Shown here: positions 52,296-64,000 of the stretch, piece after piece | Position numbering within the stretch: the stretch's first letter is position 1 | Layout: each line of letters begins with the position of its first letter | DNA from: Rozella allomycis CSF55 | Lineage: Eukaryota | Assembly (NCBI GenBank): GCA_000442015.1 | Contig: KE561145.1 | Span: 1 to 64,000, forward strand | Direction: 5' to 3' | DNA: 64,000 nt | Position numbers and translations under genes: made by a program | Notes under the pieces: generated by a model | Databases searched by the model: none | The model's input: the letters and a program-made list of their open reading frames with translations, nothing else | What the model was told of the DNA's origin: nothing

Positions 52296-54594
52296 CTATA
52301 TTTTATTTTTTAGCATCGATTTAGCAATGAACAAGTATTTGTCGACCGCTTCTTCAATTCTCTTTTCTAAACTTTTTCCACTTCCATGCCCAGCCTATTT
52401 GATTGTAAACTCATATTTACCTTTGTTTCAATCCTTATTAAAAGAGGATGATCATTTTTGGGCAAATTATACTGAAGTTCAGATATCCATTTGTATGAAT
52501 GAAGTGGCACAACTCGATCGTCATGATCACTGGTCATTACTAGCACGGGTGGATATTGCTTTGAAGAATCAACGTTATGGACAGGCGAATATCTTTTAAA
52601 AATGTGAAGAATGTATACTTTGACAAACATTCGAAATGCTCTACAATGTCTGGGTTACCATATTCATCCATCCAAGCATGGCCGATTGTAAATTTATGAA
52701 ATTTCAACATATCCAAAACCCCAACCTCGGCGATTGCACACCCAAATAATTCGGGTGCTTGATTTACACATGCCGCCACTAATAATCCTCCATTGGACCC
52801 ACCATTAATCGCCAACAATGAGGGGCAAGTGTAATTATTAGCAACAAGGTACTTCGCAGCCCATTGAAAGTCATCAAAAACATTTTGTTTTTTATTTAAG
52901 ATCCCGGCTTTATGCCATTCCTCGCCATATTCGCCGCCTCCACGCAAATTCGCGATTGCAATAGTCATATTTAGCTCATCTGCCGCTGCGGCCATGCTTG
53001 AACTAAAAAAAGGTGTCAGAGAAATGTTAAATCCCCCATATCCATATAACAGACATGGTGTTTGTCCATTTCTTGGGATGGATCTTTTATTAAAAATGAA
53101 CATGGGGATTCTCTGAGAATCTTTGCTTTCATAGAAAACTTGCTCTATAACGAATTTAGAGGGTTCAAACCCCACAATTTCATCTTGCCTCCAAATGGTT
53201 GGGGTTGTGGTCAAGTCAGATAGGTCATATTCATACACCAATCCAGGGGTATTGAAAGAATAAAACTTAAAAAATACAACAGTATCCTTTTTTCTGCCTT
53301 TAATGTAAGCAACAGAGCCAATATCTAGTGGAATGCAAGTCAGGTGAGTCCCAGACAAGTCAAAGACATCAATTACATTCTGTTTTCAAATCATGAATCG
53401 TTTACCTTGACATCTTTCATATAAACACAAATAAGTTTATTTTTTGCAACGCAGTAGCATGATTCTAACACGTCTGCCGCCTCAGGAATAACAACGTCGA
53501 CCTTTAAAAGAAATGTAAAATTAATACTAATGAAGTGTTATTGATGTCTATTTTAATCAATTTTTCCTTTAAAGCATTTGAATTGGTCTTCAAGTAGAAA
53601 ATATTATCTTCATTTGTAATGTATTCGTAACTGGCTTCAAAATCATCGAAAAGCTTAATTATTTTGTGCTTGGAAAAATCACAAATGTCTAATTGTTGCA
53701 CAAAAAGTTTGTTAGCATTTTCTGTAGAGCGACTTGTGGAAATGATTAGATACTTCCCATCATCAGACACAGTGGCGCTGGGCCGCCAATATGGCTCATC
53801 GGAATATTCAAATATTAAAATATCGTCTTTTTGGCAAGTTGCTAGTTTATGGTAGTACAATTTCGGAAACTTATTTAGGTTAGTTTCGGTACCTTTATCT
53901 ATTTGTTTTATTTGTGGATAGCGCTTTATATAACAAGGACAATTTTATTACAGTGTAGAAAAATCCATCATCATTATGTACCCAGGAAATCGAACTAAAT
54001 TTTACCCATTCAATTCTGTCTGGAAGCTTTTTCTTCTCCACGTCTTGAATTTGAATTGTCACCCAGTCACTGCCATTACATGATACACCAAAGGCAAAAT
54101 ATTTCCCAGATTCACTGAAAGAATATGTGTTCAAAGACGCACTCCCGTCAACTGCCAACTCATTTGGGTCGAAGAATACTTCTCCTGGGTCACTTATTGT
54201 TCTTGTTTGGTATATTTTTCGTATAAATTTAGAAAAGGTTTCTTACGAATGATTAAATGTTCCATCATTATAGAAATAATAGTAGAATTCACCCGATTTA
54301 AAAGGTGCTTCAGTTTTTTCGTAGTTGAAGAATTTTTTGAACCTTCTACATTCATAACAGTATTGTTACCTATCTTTAAGTTTGCTTCTAAGAGGATCAT
54401 CATTGATATACTCAAAGAATAGTTCATTTTGTGACGAAACAAATGCCTGGTGAAACTAAATGATTACTTCATACCCTCGTTTCATCAGAGTCAGGATTTT
54501 CAAGCCATGAATAGGGGTCAGAGATTGATCTACCACAACAAAGGTATTTAGAATTAATATCTCTCGTCACAAATGGAAAATTGAAGCTGCTCAT
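52296..54594 (-). CDS. PREP: prolyl oligopeptidase (S9A)
   Basis: DPYSWLENPD, LYGYGGFN, GGSNGGLL, DHDDRVVP, AGHG. Confidence 0.95.
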
Positions 54595-54635
54595 TTGTAA
54601 AATTCACAAAAACAATATTACGAAATGTCATAAAT

Positions 54636-55649
54636 TTATATAGAAGCATTATAGTTTTGGTTGCATCCGTTAATACCAAAGGTAAGGAATCGTCCCTTTT
54701 CTGGGAATCTATAGTTTCTTCCCTTTGTATCAATCACTCTAAAGAAATAGTTCTGGCAGCTTTGATTTCCTAATAAATTCCCATCATTGAGTTTGAAATA
54801 GTAGACACCTCTGTTTGATGAGCCATATAACAAGGAGAGACCCCTGGCCTGCTGTCCGATTTGAATCCATATTTTAGATGGCGGTGCATCATTAACATAA
54901 GTGACTAGAAAAAGCAGGTTATTTGTGTTAAGGGAGGTCAATTTAGGACTTACATGCGAGCCAATAACCAAAGCAGAGTTATAATCTGTATTGCTAGCAC
55001 CTCCAAAATCCTATTTTGTTAAATCGTTTGTCCCATTACTTGGATCACGCAGTTATTTGAATTGGCCACACCTAACTCTGTCGCTGACGCCGCAAGTAGG
55101 TTTTCACAGTGTCCCATTTTTGATCTAATCCACCCATCCTAGAATATCCATTTAAAGAATAGATTACCATTATTTCCACTGGGGATATTGGACCAGCATA
55201 AATATTTTCAGCAATCCAAGCAGGTTTCTTATAAAATGACCATATCCTGCTTGACCAAGAGCAAGATCCAAACTTGTAGCATTCACTGGGGCAAGTATCA
55301 TGTTGCCAACATCTAAATTGATGAACAAAATCTTGAATACCCTGGACTGCGCTGCATTGAAGTACAATGGAACCTTCCGGATTGAGTTAGTGCCATATTC
55401 CAAAATAGATGTCTAGCAGGACTTCCGTTGTAGAGACAATTTCCGGTACCAGCGTTGGAAAAATTGTTCAAATATGATTTTGGATCTGGATTGGAAAGAC
55501 ATTTCAAATACTTTACCTATTCTAACGGCGTTAGTTAGAGTGTGTATAGTTCTCTCCAAGTACGTGGTTTGAATGTCTCCCTGGAAAGTGGTGTATTGCT
55601 GTGAAAACGCATTGCTTATAAGAAAGGCCAATAAAGTAAACGATTTCAT
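54636..55649 (-). CDS. secreted CAP/SCP-domain protein
   Basis: Signal peptide; TLTNAVR, RFHCTSM, QHDTC, AENIYAG, WIRSKMGHCENL. Confidence 0.75.
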
Positions 55650-55704
55650 GTCTTTAGCAGGATCGGGATCGGAAAATAAATTGGAATGGACTAAAAATAC
55701 TTTA

Positions 55705-57166
55705 TTAGCGCATGGTAACTAATTCTTCAGCTGATGTTGGATGTATTGCTACGGTGTTATCAAAATCCTTCTTTGTAGCGCCCATTTTAATTGCGACAGA
55801 GAAGCCTTGAAGAATTTCATCGGAAGACGGGCCAACTAAATGTAGCCCCAAAATCTTTTCATCGTCACGAGAACAAACCATTTTATAAGCAGTGGGAACT
55901 TTATTTTTTGATAACGCGTAAAACATTCCATTAAAGCGAGTTTTATAAATGACAATATTTTCACTTCCATATTTTTGGCGGGCTTCTTCTTCAGTCAACC
56001 CAACTGTACCGGCGGGAGGATGAGAAAATACTACAGTTGGAATATTGGAATAGTCCAGTTTGGAATCGGACTTACCGCCAAATATGCGATCAACCAATCT
56101 TCGACCCGCTGCTATGGCGACTTTGACATAAACTTTAATTTATTACCTGGTGTTAATAAAGCTTTGCCGCAAACATCTCCCAAGGCGTAAACACCAGGAC
56201 AGCGAGTATTTTGATACTCGTCAACAAGAATACATCCATTTTCATCACATGTAACGTTAGCTTTTTCCAAGTTCAAGTAATTGGAATTAGGAGCTCTACC
56301 AATTGCCCAGATCACTAATTCATTGTCTTTCTCAGTTTCAACGAGGTTTTGGTGGGAAAATTTGACGTCGATATTTCCGGAATCGCTTTTTACTAAAGAT
56401 TCAACGGAGGCATTTCGGATTATTCGTATACCACTTTTTTCCATGTGTTCAGAAACTGTTGAAGATATTACTTCATCGAAATGGCGCAAAACAGAGCCAT
56501 ATCTGCACAAAATAGTTGTATTGCAACCAAAAGTTTGAAGTACGTTTGCTATTTCTACAGCGATATATCTTTATAGGTTGAAAAATTAAAATACCCAGAG
56601 CCAATAATAAACGCTTTCTTTGGGAGCTCCTTAAGGCCAAAGAAGCCATCTGAGGTTACACCCAAATCTGATCCGGGAATCGATGGTATAATTGGATATC
56701 CACCTTTTCAATGCGCTAATCATTACATACCTGTTGCAATTAATATATTTTTAGCAGTTAAAAATGAGCTCGTTCCATCCTCATGCGTAACTCTAAGAAT
56801 ATTCGGTTTTTCAAAACAGGCAGATCCAAATACCACATCTACTTTTTCCTTGTCCAAATTTCTTTCATATATTTTCCTGAGCCTTTCAATATATTCTTCT
56901 CTATTCTCTACAAGGGTTCTCCAATTATGACCGTTATTTTCCACGTCGAATCCGTAGTCTGAAGAGACAGCAAATAACTCGTTTAATGATGCAGCATTGT
57001 ACATAATCTTTTTCGGTACACAGCCAAGGTTTACACAAGTCCCGCCTAAACCATTCCTCTTTGACTCTATCAACACCACATTTTTGCTGTAAAGAGATGC
57101 AGCTCTTCTTGCAGACGCTAGACCACCTGAACCACCTCCTATAACAGCGAAATCGTAATACTTCAT
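55705..57166 (-). CDS. GLR1: glutathione reductase
   Basis: [41 protein letters not shown]. Confidence 0.96.
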
Positions 57167-57311
57167 ATTTGTGAATTTTCTAGACGGGAAAACTTTCAGA
57201 ATCAATAAAAAATTGTTGTGGTACATTGCACTGTATTGTTAGTCATTTAAGACAAAATCTTGAAAGAATAGTAAATCATAACTGGCCCTTGAGAAAAATC
57301 ATAAACACAAA

Positions 57312-58317
57312 ATGGTAAAAGGATTGTTTCATATTGATAGAAACTACGAGTTCGACTTTCGCATAAAGTTTCCACTTTAGATCTCGATGAAAACATGAAA
57401 ATCCAAGAATTTATAGACTTAATTTGTGATCAAGAAGCTAAAGAGAGTCTTGGTACCATCAGGACCGGCGTGCCTCCGAGATCGGTGGCGATTGCAAACT
57501 TAAATATGTCACTCAAAGATATAGGAATTAAAGATAGAGATACAATAACTATTGAAAATGGCAATACATTCAAAAGAAAAACCATTTCCAATGAAATGAT
57601 GGTAATAAGAAAAATGGCAGATGATAATTCTTGTTTATTTAGTTCAATCGGGTACAATTTAGACTGTAAAAATCATGAGATATTTGTTGGAAAATAAACG
57701 TGCATGCCAGGCTGATGCCTTGCGACAAAAAGTCGTAGAGTTTATTCTCTCTCACCCAGATGACTATAATTCCGTAATTTTAGGTAAAAACGTATCGGAA
57801 TATTGCCAATGGATTTCTAAACCTACATCTTGGGGTGGTAACATTTACTATAGATTAAGGACAAGGCGCGATAGAAATTTCAATCTTTTCAAAACTATAT
57901 AAAATACAAATAGCATCAATTGACGTTAAAAGTCTTAGAGTAGATCTATTTGGTAAATTCAAACTTCTTTTCATTTGCAGGAGAGGAAGACAGTTTTCCT
58001 GATCGCTGCTATATTGTTTACGATGGTATTCATTACGACTGCATTGTTTCTACATATAGCAATAATGAAACCGCTCAAGATATAACAATTTTTTCGTCAA
58101 AGGATGATTTTGCCTTGGCGTCAGCAATTTCAGTTGTTGAAGAGATTTCAAAGGTATTCAATTCTTAAAAATGATAGATAAGAAAAATATGTTTACAGAT
58201 TTGGCTAATTTCACAATCCGATGCGAGACTTGTCATTCTGGCTTCATAGGTACTGATGACGCTCAAAGACACGCACAGGAAACTGGCCACACTAATTTTG
58301 CAGAATTTAAAAATTAA
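57312..58317 (+). CDS. OTU1: OTU1/YOD1 deubiquitinase
   Basis: MADDNSCLFSSI, WGGAIEI, YDGIHYD, C2H2 finger CETC..HAQETGH. Confidence 0.92.
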
Positions 58318-58389
58318 AATTAATCTATTAAAAAATAAATGTTCAATGCGTGACTTCGATTTTTTCAGGGGTTGTCATTTGTCATTATT

Positions 58390-59228
58390 ATGTTAAAAAG
58401 ATTTCATTTTATTCAAAAACGTTATTTGCATAAAAGGTTTTGGAAAACATCAGTTGTTCGCCCAAATGATAAAGGTAGTTTTTGTTAAATGCTATTATAG
58501 GGCTGTACGAAATTCTTCTTGATAGCAAACCCATTAAGGATCAAAAGGGAAGACCATTTACCTTAAAGTCGGAGATAATGGCAAATTTAGTATCTCTGGA
58601 ATGGAATATGCAGCCGCAAATGTTTAATCCAAACGACATTATTTTGGTAATCACCAATGGCCTCTGAAATTTAGTTTGATATTCTAAATAGAGCAAGAGT
58701 AATAGAGGAAAATACTAGTCTACGAAAAGAAATCATGGTTAACGATCTGTTCAGATATCTTGATACAGATACTCTGCGATACTTTGAACAAACCGACAAG
58801 AATTTGGTAAAGTTGCAGGAGTCTAATTGGCTCCCGTTGGTAGAATGGGCTAGTCATTTGTTGAATACTGAATTAGAAGTAGTCAATGGTATTATTGGCT
58901 TGACAAGTTCATTGGACAAGGAAATAGTTTCACAACGTATTTTAAACTTGACAAAAGATGTGAATCATAACACATTTGCTGGTATAATTTTAACCCGATA
59001 TTTTATGTAGCTTTTGAAAGAGCCGTAATATCTTCAAAGTCCATGATTGTCGGGCTAGCCTTAGTACTTGGCAAGATTTCTTCAAAGGAGGCAATCGAAA
59101 TTTCCCTTTTAGAAATTAATTATCAAAAGAGTAGGTGGGGTTCCATTGATGAATTTCATCTGCTTGAACCTGCCACCTTACAAAGAGTGTTTTCATTGGT
59201 AAATTTGCTGAAATCGTATAATATTTAA
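58390..59228 (+). CDS. ATP12: mitochondrial F1-ATPase assembly factor
   Basis: KRFWK, ILLDSKPIK, LEW, YLDTDTL, EINYQKSRWG. Confidence 0.85.
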
Positions 59229-59251
59229 ATAAAATACAATTTATTCAACTT

Positions 59252-59833
59252 TTAAAATTTGGATGATATCGATTTCTTCTGCATTCCCCTTCGTTTCCTT
59301 GCATTAATGAGCCATGTCGAGACTTGCTTTATGCTGAGGTTAGCTCGTTTCGCCAATTCTTCTCTTTCTTTTCCTGTACAATATGGATAATCGCGGTGAT
59401 CTTTGAGCCAATTTTCCAAAACTATTAGTGATTCGACAGGATGTTTATTTTTGATTGTTTCAAAGTTGGATCTTTCACTAGACTGCGAAGATATTGAAGG
59501 GGAATTCGGACAGGATGATGGAGTTGGTGGACATGCAATAGAATTATTTGAATACTCAAAATTATCTGTTTTAATTGCTTCAGAAGGCCAAATGTATTGT
59601 TGTAGAGCAAATTCCCTAATCTTTTCCCTAGTTTCTTCCAAGTAAGACATGTAATCAGTTGGCAGGTAATCAACCAACAAGCGCATGTAATGATCCATAG
59701 ATAGTAAAAACAAGTTGAGATCCTTATTGTCGGTGTCACTATAATTTAGTGATTGATGGATAGTTTGAAGTGTCTCAATATGTCTCATGACAGTTTCTGA
59801 TGGGATTGAAGTCAAAGAGTTTGTCGTCATCAT
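59252..59833 (-). CDS. TALE-class homeodomain transcription factor
   Basis: LENWLKDHRDYPYC..KQVSTWLINARKR. Confidence 0.88.
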   Translation of the reverse strand: MMTTNSLTSIPSETVMRHIETLQTIHQSLNYSDTDNKDLNLFLLSMDHYMRLLVDYLPTDYMSYLEETREKIREFALQQYIWPSEAIKTDNFEYSNNSIACPPTPSSCPNSPSISSQSSERSNFETIKNKHPVESLIVLENWLKDHRDYPYCTGKEREELAKRANLSIKQVSTWLINARKRRGMQKKSISSKF

Positions 59834-59993
59834 TTTTCTCCAGGGGTTTACTCTTCATCTTGGCAAAATCTGGTAGGTGTCAAAGTCGTGTCAAAGGAAA
59901 TGACAGGGGTGTTAATTGGCATGATTAGCAAACGTGGCGCTGTCAACTCATTTTGACTTTTCTCGAAAAAAGGAATTAAAAAAAGATAAGCGT

Positions 59994-61784
59994 TTATTCA
60001 AAATCGTCAATGTTAAGATTTTTGGTGTCGGCCGCAGACGCCAAAAATTCTAGTGAATTTTGATGACCCCTAATTGGAAAAAATAGAAGAATAGTACTCT
60101 CTAACGTCCAAATTTTCTGATTGGGACCACTCTAAACCCTAATAAACTGATAAAAATTAAATTACAGAGCTCAATGGTTCTTTAATCGGAGATGGTGCTC
60201 TTGACGACGTGTGCGCGCTTTGAGTTGCTGATTCTGATAGGACAATTTTATTGGGATCATCATCATGATGAGTGGGATTGTTGCATTTATTAACAAAATT
60301 TTTAATTTCGTTTAAAGTTTTCACATCCAAAGCGTCAATTTCTAACTCTATTTCGTCCGTTTCACTTGTTTTAAGAGTTGGCATGGACTTTTGAATAATG
60401 TCTACAACCATTAAAATCTGATTTTGGTTTAGATTATTAATGTCTTCACTTAATTTCTTTTTTTCTTCAAAAGTCAAAGGCCTATAGAGTGGCTTTTGCA
60501 CCGATGGTTTTGCCGGGGTAGACACGGATGTAGCTGATTCAGGTTTCCTTTGTGGTTTTCGCTTTTTGGCACGTAATTGGTTTAATTGACTTTTTAAGTT
60601 TTGTATTTGAGCCTTTATGGATTTTATAGCCCTAGAGTCTAAAGTCTGTAAGGGATAAATGACTTACCTTCGTCGGACGAATACTCTCCATCTGTTTCAT
60701 CTGAAGACTCATCGAAATCGTCTGTGAAAATAGGTTTATCTTTCCATTTATTTAAAAACACATTCTCGAATTTGTTGCACATTTGAACAATTTCAGAGTC
60801 TGGAGGATTGAAAGTTCTACAATTGTTAAACATTAACAAGACGTCGTCGTGGAATTCATCAGAGGTGCGATATTCACGGGAATCAATTTTCTTTTTGATA
60901 GTAGAAAGGTCCATTGGGTGCTTAATAATGTCAAAGTAGGTAGGAACTCCAAGGGCAATAGGGTCTACAGGTTCCAAGAATGGCCATGCGATATCTTGGT
61001 AAGACTTTTTCGTCAAGTCTTTCCAAATTTGCAAACAATATTTTAAATGTTCATTTTGAGTATTTTTTCTTACAACTTGATTAGCAATGCTGCCTCTGGC
61101 TCTAGAGGCACGTTTAACATCTGGTGAATGCATAGAGTTACTATTCCTTCGCTTCTTTATCTATAAGTTTTAATATGCGTTTTTACTCGCCGTTCATCGT
61201 CATAAAGAGATCCTACTGGTGATTGTTCAGTAGGCATTTTGGTCAAGTATGAATTAAAAGACTTTTCAAGATTTTTGGCCATCTTTGAGATAGGAGATTC
61301 TGATCCATTGTATACGAAGCAATTATTTATCATCAATTTAAAATCGTTTATAAACTCATCAGCACTTTCATATGCCGCAGAGTCTAATTTTTTGCCCATA
61401 GTGCTAAGATCCATAGGCACTTTAATTATCGTTGGATAATCAGGAATGTTCAAGGCAATGGGGTCAACCGGCAACAGGAATGGTGAGGCATCTTTATGGC
61501 GCCTTAAGGCCTTTAAAATAGTTGTGCAATACTTCAATTGTTCTCGAACTATTGTCCCTTTTGGCCTAGTCGATCCATCGTCTTTGGACACCTGTCTTAA
61601 CTCACATATTCTTATACTTGGTCATCTTGCCCCGGAAAATTACTGCCGGTGTCAGATCTCAGTCCAGAACTATTCATTGACGAATCATAAACACTTTGGA
61701 AAACACTATTGTTAGATCTGCATAAATTAATTAGATAAATGTTAAAATAATAAAATAAATCACATCATTTCGTAATTACCTCAT
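59994..61784 (-). CDS. BDF1: BET double-bromodomain plus ET protein
   Basis: Two bromodomains (PFLLPVDP..YN, WPFLEPVDP..FN) and ET domain LTFEEKKKLSEDINNL..EIELEIDAL. Confidence 0.93.
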
Positions 61785-61959
61785 CTTTGAAATTTCGGAA
61801 ATTCCGCAGGGGGATTTTCTTCGCTCATCCTTTTATACTGCCAAACCCTGGTCTAGTGGCTTAGGAACAGTGTGCATTCAAACTTTCATAAAGAGATTGT
61901 GTTTTTTACATATGTTGCTATTTTTATCATATTTTCCCGCGCATTTGTAAACAAACTTA

Positions 61960-62697
61960 ATGCCAAAAGAAAGCGTTCTCGTTTCTAATCATTTGACAAA
62001 TACTTTAACTGTTTCTCAAAGAAATGTCTCTAGTGCTTTGTACGAAAGAATACAAAAACTTTTTCCAGGAGAAGGAATTAAATCCAATCACGCCCCAACC
62101 CCAATAATTTCTAAATCAAGTCCTGTTAAAGAGTTAATAATGAAGTTTGATACAAAATTTAATGGGCTGGAAAAGGAGTATTTGCTACTAACAAAGAGGA
62201 CCTCAATGCATCCACCAAATGGTGGGCAATCAAAAGATTCCTTTCAAAATAGTATAAACTACAAAAAGGCATATGTTGACTATAAAAACTGGATTGAAAA
62301 GAATGGTGGATTCCTTACTTTTTCTTCAGTCGAAGCATTATATGGAATATCCCAAGACGTCCAAAAGGAGGGCACAGTCCTAATAATAGACCATACTATT
62401 AAAGAGGGCACCATAATTGTATGCAATGATAAAGGGCGCAATAGTATCAATGAAATGATTATTGGCAATGTCGTGAATTTCAACAAAATGGAAAAGCTAC
62501 CGTTAGTCATAAATGACTTTTCTAATATTGCTAGCCATAATTGCCATTGGAATAGTTTTATGGACGATTCATCAAAAGCTATGAAGGATTTTGATAAAAT
62601 GATGAGAAAAGTTGCCAAAGAAGAGTCACTGCGGCGAACGTTTTCAGAACTAAAAAGCAGAGCTCAAAATTTGTCCAAAATTATAAGAGTGGATTAA
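61960..62697 (+). CDS. hypothetical protein
   Basis: Intronless 245-aa ORF, no recognised domain. Confidence 0.5.
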   Translation: MPKESVLVSNHLTNTLTVSQRNVSSALYERIQKLFPGEGIKSNHAPTPIISKSSPVKELIMKFDTKFNGLEKEYLLLTKRTSMHPPNGGQSKDSFQNSINYKKAYVDYKNWIEKNGGFLTFSSVEALYGISQDVQKEGTVLIIDHTIKEGTIIVCNDKGRNSINEMIIGNVVNFNKMEKLPLVINDFSNIASHNCHWNSFMDDSSKAMKDFDKMMRKVAKEESLRRTFSELKSRAQNLSKIIRVD

Positions 62698-62777
62698 TGT
62701 AATAAAATTAATAAACAATATGGCATATGCTGTTTCAATTTTTGAGTCACCTACCCCAGTTATAGTTTCAGAATTTC

Positions 62778-64000
62778 ATGTTCATATCTCTAGATGATTT
62801 TACACTAGAAGAAAAGGTGGGGGAAGGCACATTTGGGTATGAAGAGTATTAATTTTATTAACTTGAGAGAAGTTTATAAAGGACTGCACAAATCTAGCGG
62901 AGAAAAAGTAGCCTTAAAGCGTTTGTTGGTACATAAGAGAGAAACTGGGGTAATTAAAATCAAATATTTTTTAAAGTTTCCTCTCACCTCGATAAGAGAA
63001 ATTAGCGTGTTACAAAGCCTGATGCATTTAAATATAATCAATATTCACTCATTTTGTACTGGCCCCGGTGAATCTGGCGACGATATTTACATGGTATTTC
63101 CATACATGGAACATGATCTTACTGGTATTTTAGAGAATCAAACAATCAAATTGTCTAATTCCATTATTAAATGCTATATGAAGCAACTTTTTGAAGGTTT
63201 ATATTATATTCACAAAGTAAGACATATTTTTCATCTTGATGCTGGCTGGTTTTATCCACAGAGATATTAAGGCTTCAAATTTATTGATTGACAATAACGG
63301 AAATTTAAAAATAGCTGATTTTGGCCTTGCCAGAAAATATAATTCAATCACTTTGACTCCAGGTGTGGTGACAAGATGGTACAGGGCTCCTGAAGTATTG
63401 CTAGGATTAAAAGAGTATACCCCTGCTATTGATATTTGGAGTGGCGGGTATTTGGACTGATTTTTCATAAACAGATGCGTTTTTGCCGAAATGTTTAAAA
63501 GAGAGCCAATTTTTCAAGGTTCTTCTGACATTGATCAGCTCGAGTTAATAATAAAATATCTCGGAAATATTGATGAGCGGAATATGCCGGGTTATAAAAA
63601 TTGTATTGTTTCACCAAGAAGGCTAAACAATCAAGGAGGAAGCGAACAGTTAAGATTGTATCTAAATACGTACTATTTATCAAATTCTGGAACATTAGTT
63701 TTATCCAAGATAACACTGCTATCGAGCTAATAGAAAAAATCCTATGCTTAAACCCGCACACTCGCTTAAAAGCGTCCAGTGTCCTTACCGACAACTATTT
63801 CTGGTCTTTTCCACTCCCAATAAAAAAGGAAGAGTATTCGCAACAAAGCTATGTTATTTAGGATACCTTCATTCCCTAGTAGTCACGAAATCGATAAAAG
63901 AAAGCCTAGAAAACGAGAACTTGAAACGAAATATAACCGTATCACTTTACCATATATAAAATAGACATTAATTTAGGCAAGAATAATTCCATTCTCTCAA
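62778..64000 (+). CDS. CDK9/Bur1-like cyclin-dependent kinase (ends at 63964 or runs off the window after a further intron)
   Basis: [63 protein letters not shown]. Confidence 0.9.

Noticed and set aside
61781-61828. 15-codon uORF whose TGA overlaps the BDF1 ATG
   Set aside because: The CCCCTG promoter-like motif lies within it, so the upstream ATG is probably not transcribed.
61850-61870. tRNA A-box-like TGGTCTAGTGGCTTAGGA
   Set aside because: No acceptor stem, anticodon arm or B-box.

Overview
AT-rich, extremely compact eukaryotic DNA. It looks like an early-diverging flagellated fungus, probably Rozella/Cryptomycota-like. This is inferred from fungal housekeeping genes, centriole/flagellum-associated genes, intergenic gaps of tens of bp, and roughly 160 hand-modelled spliceosomal introns that are almost all 24-31 nt. 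The window holds about 45 protein genes, one tRNA-Pro(AGG), and a gap-ridden repeat/accessory block at about 8.3-14 kb with a degenerate telomere-like array. The main signal is the splicing system. Introns seem to be defined by a GT donor plus a ~27-nt ruler, with little branch-point or polypyrimidine signal. Several conserved genes only give an intact protein if a 27-29 nt intron ends in a non-AG acceptor: TG in GTPBP1 and the CDK9-like kinase, CG in prolyl oligopeptidase, AT in CRD1, plus in-frame candidates in TAD2, KTI12 and CCDC87. There is also a back-to-back double intron (zero-length exon) and a U12-type ATATCCTTT intron. All gene models are manual and lack transcript support. Single-N gaps show the assembly is imperfect.
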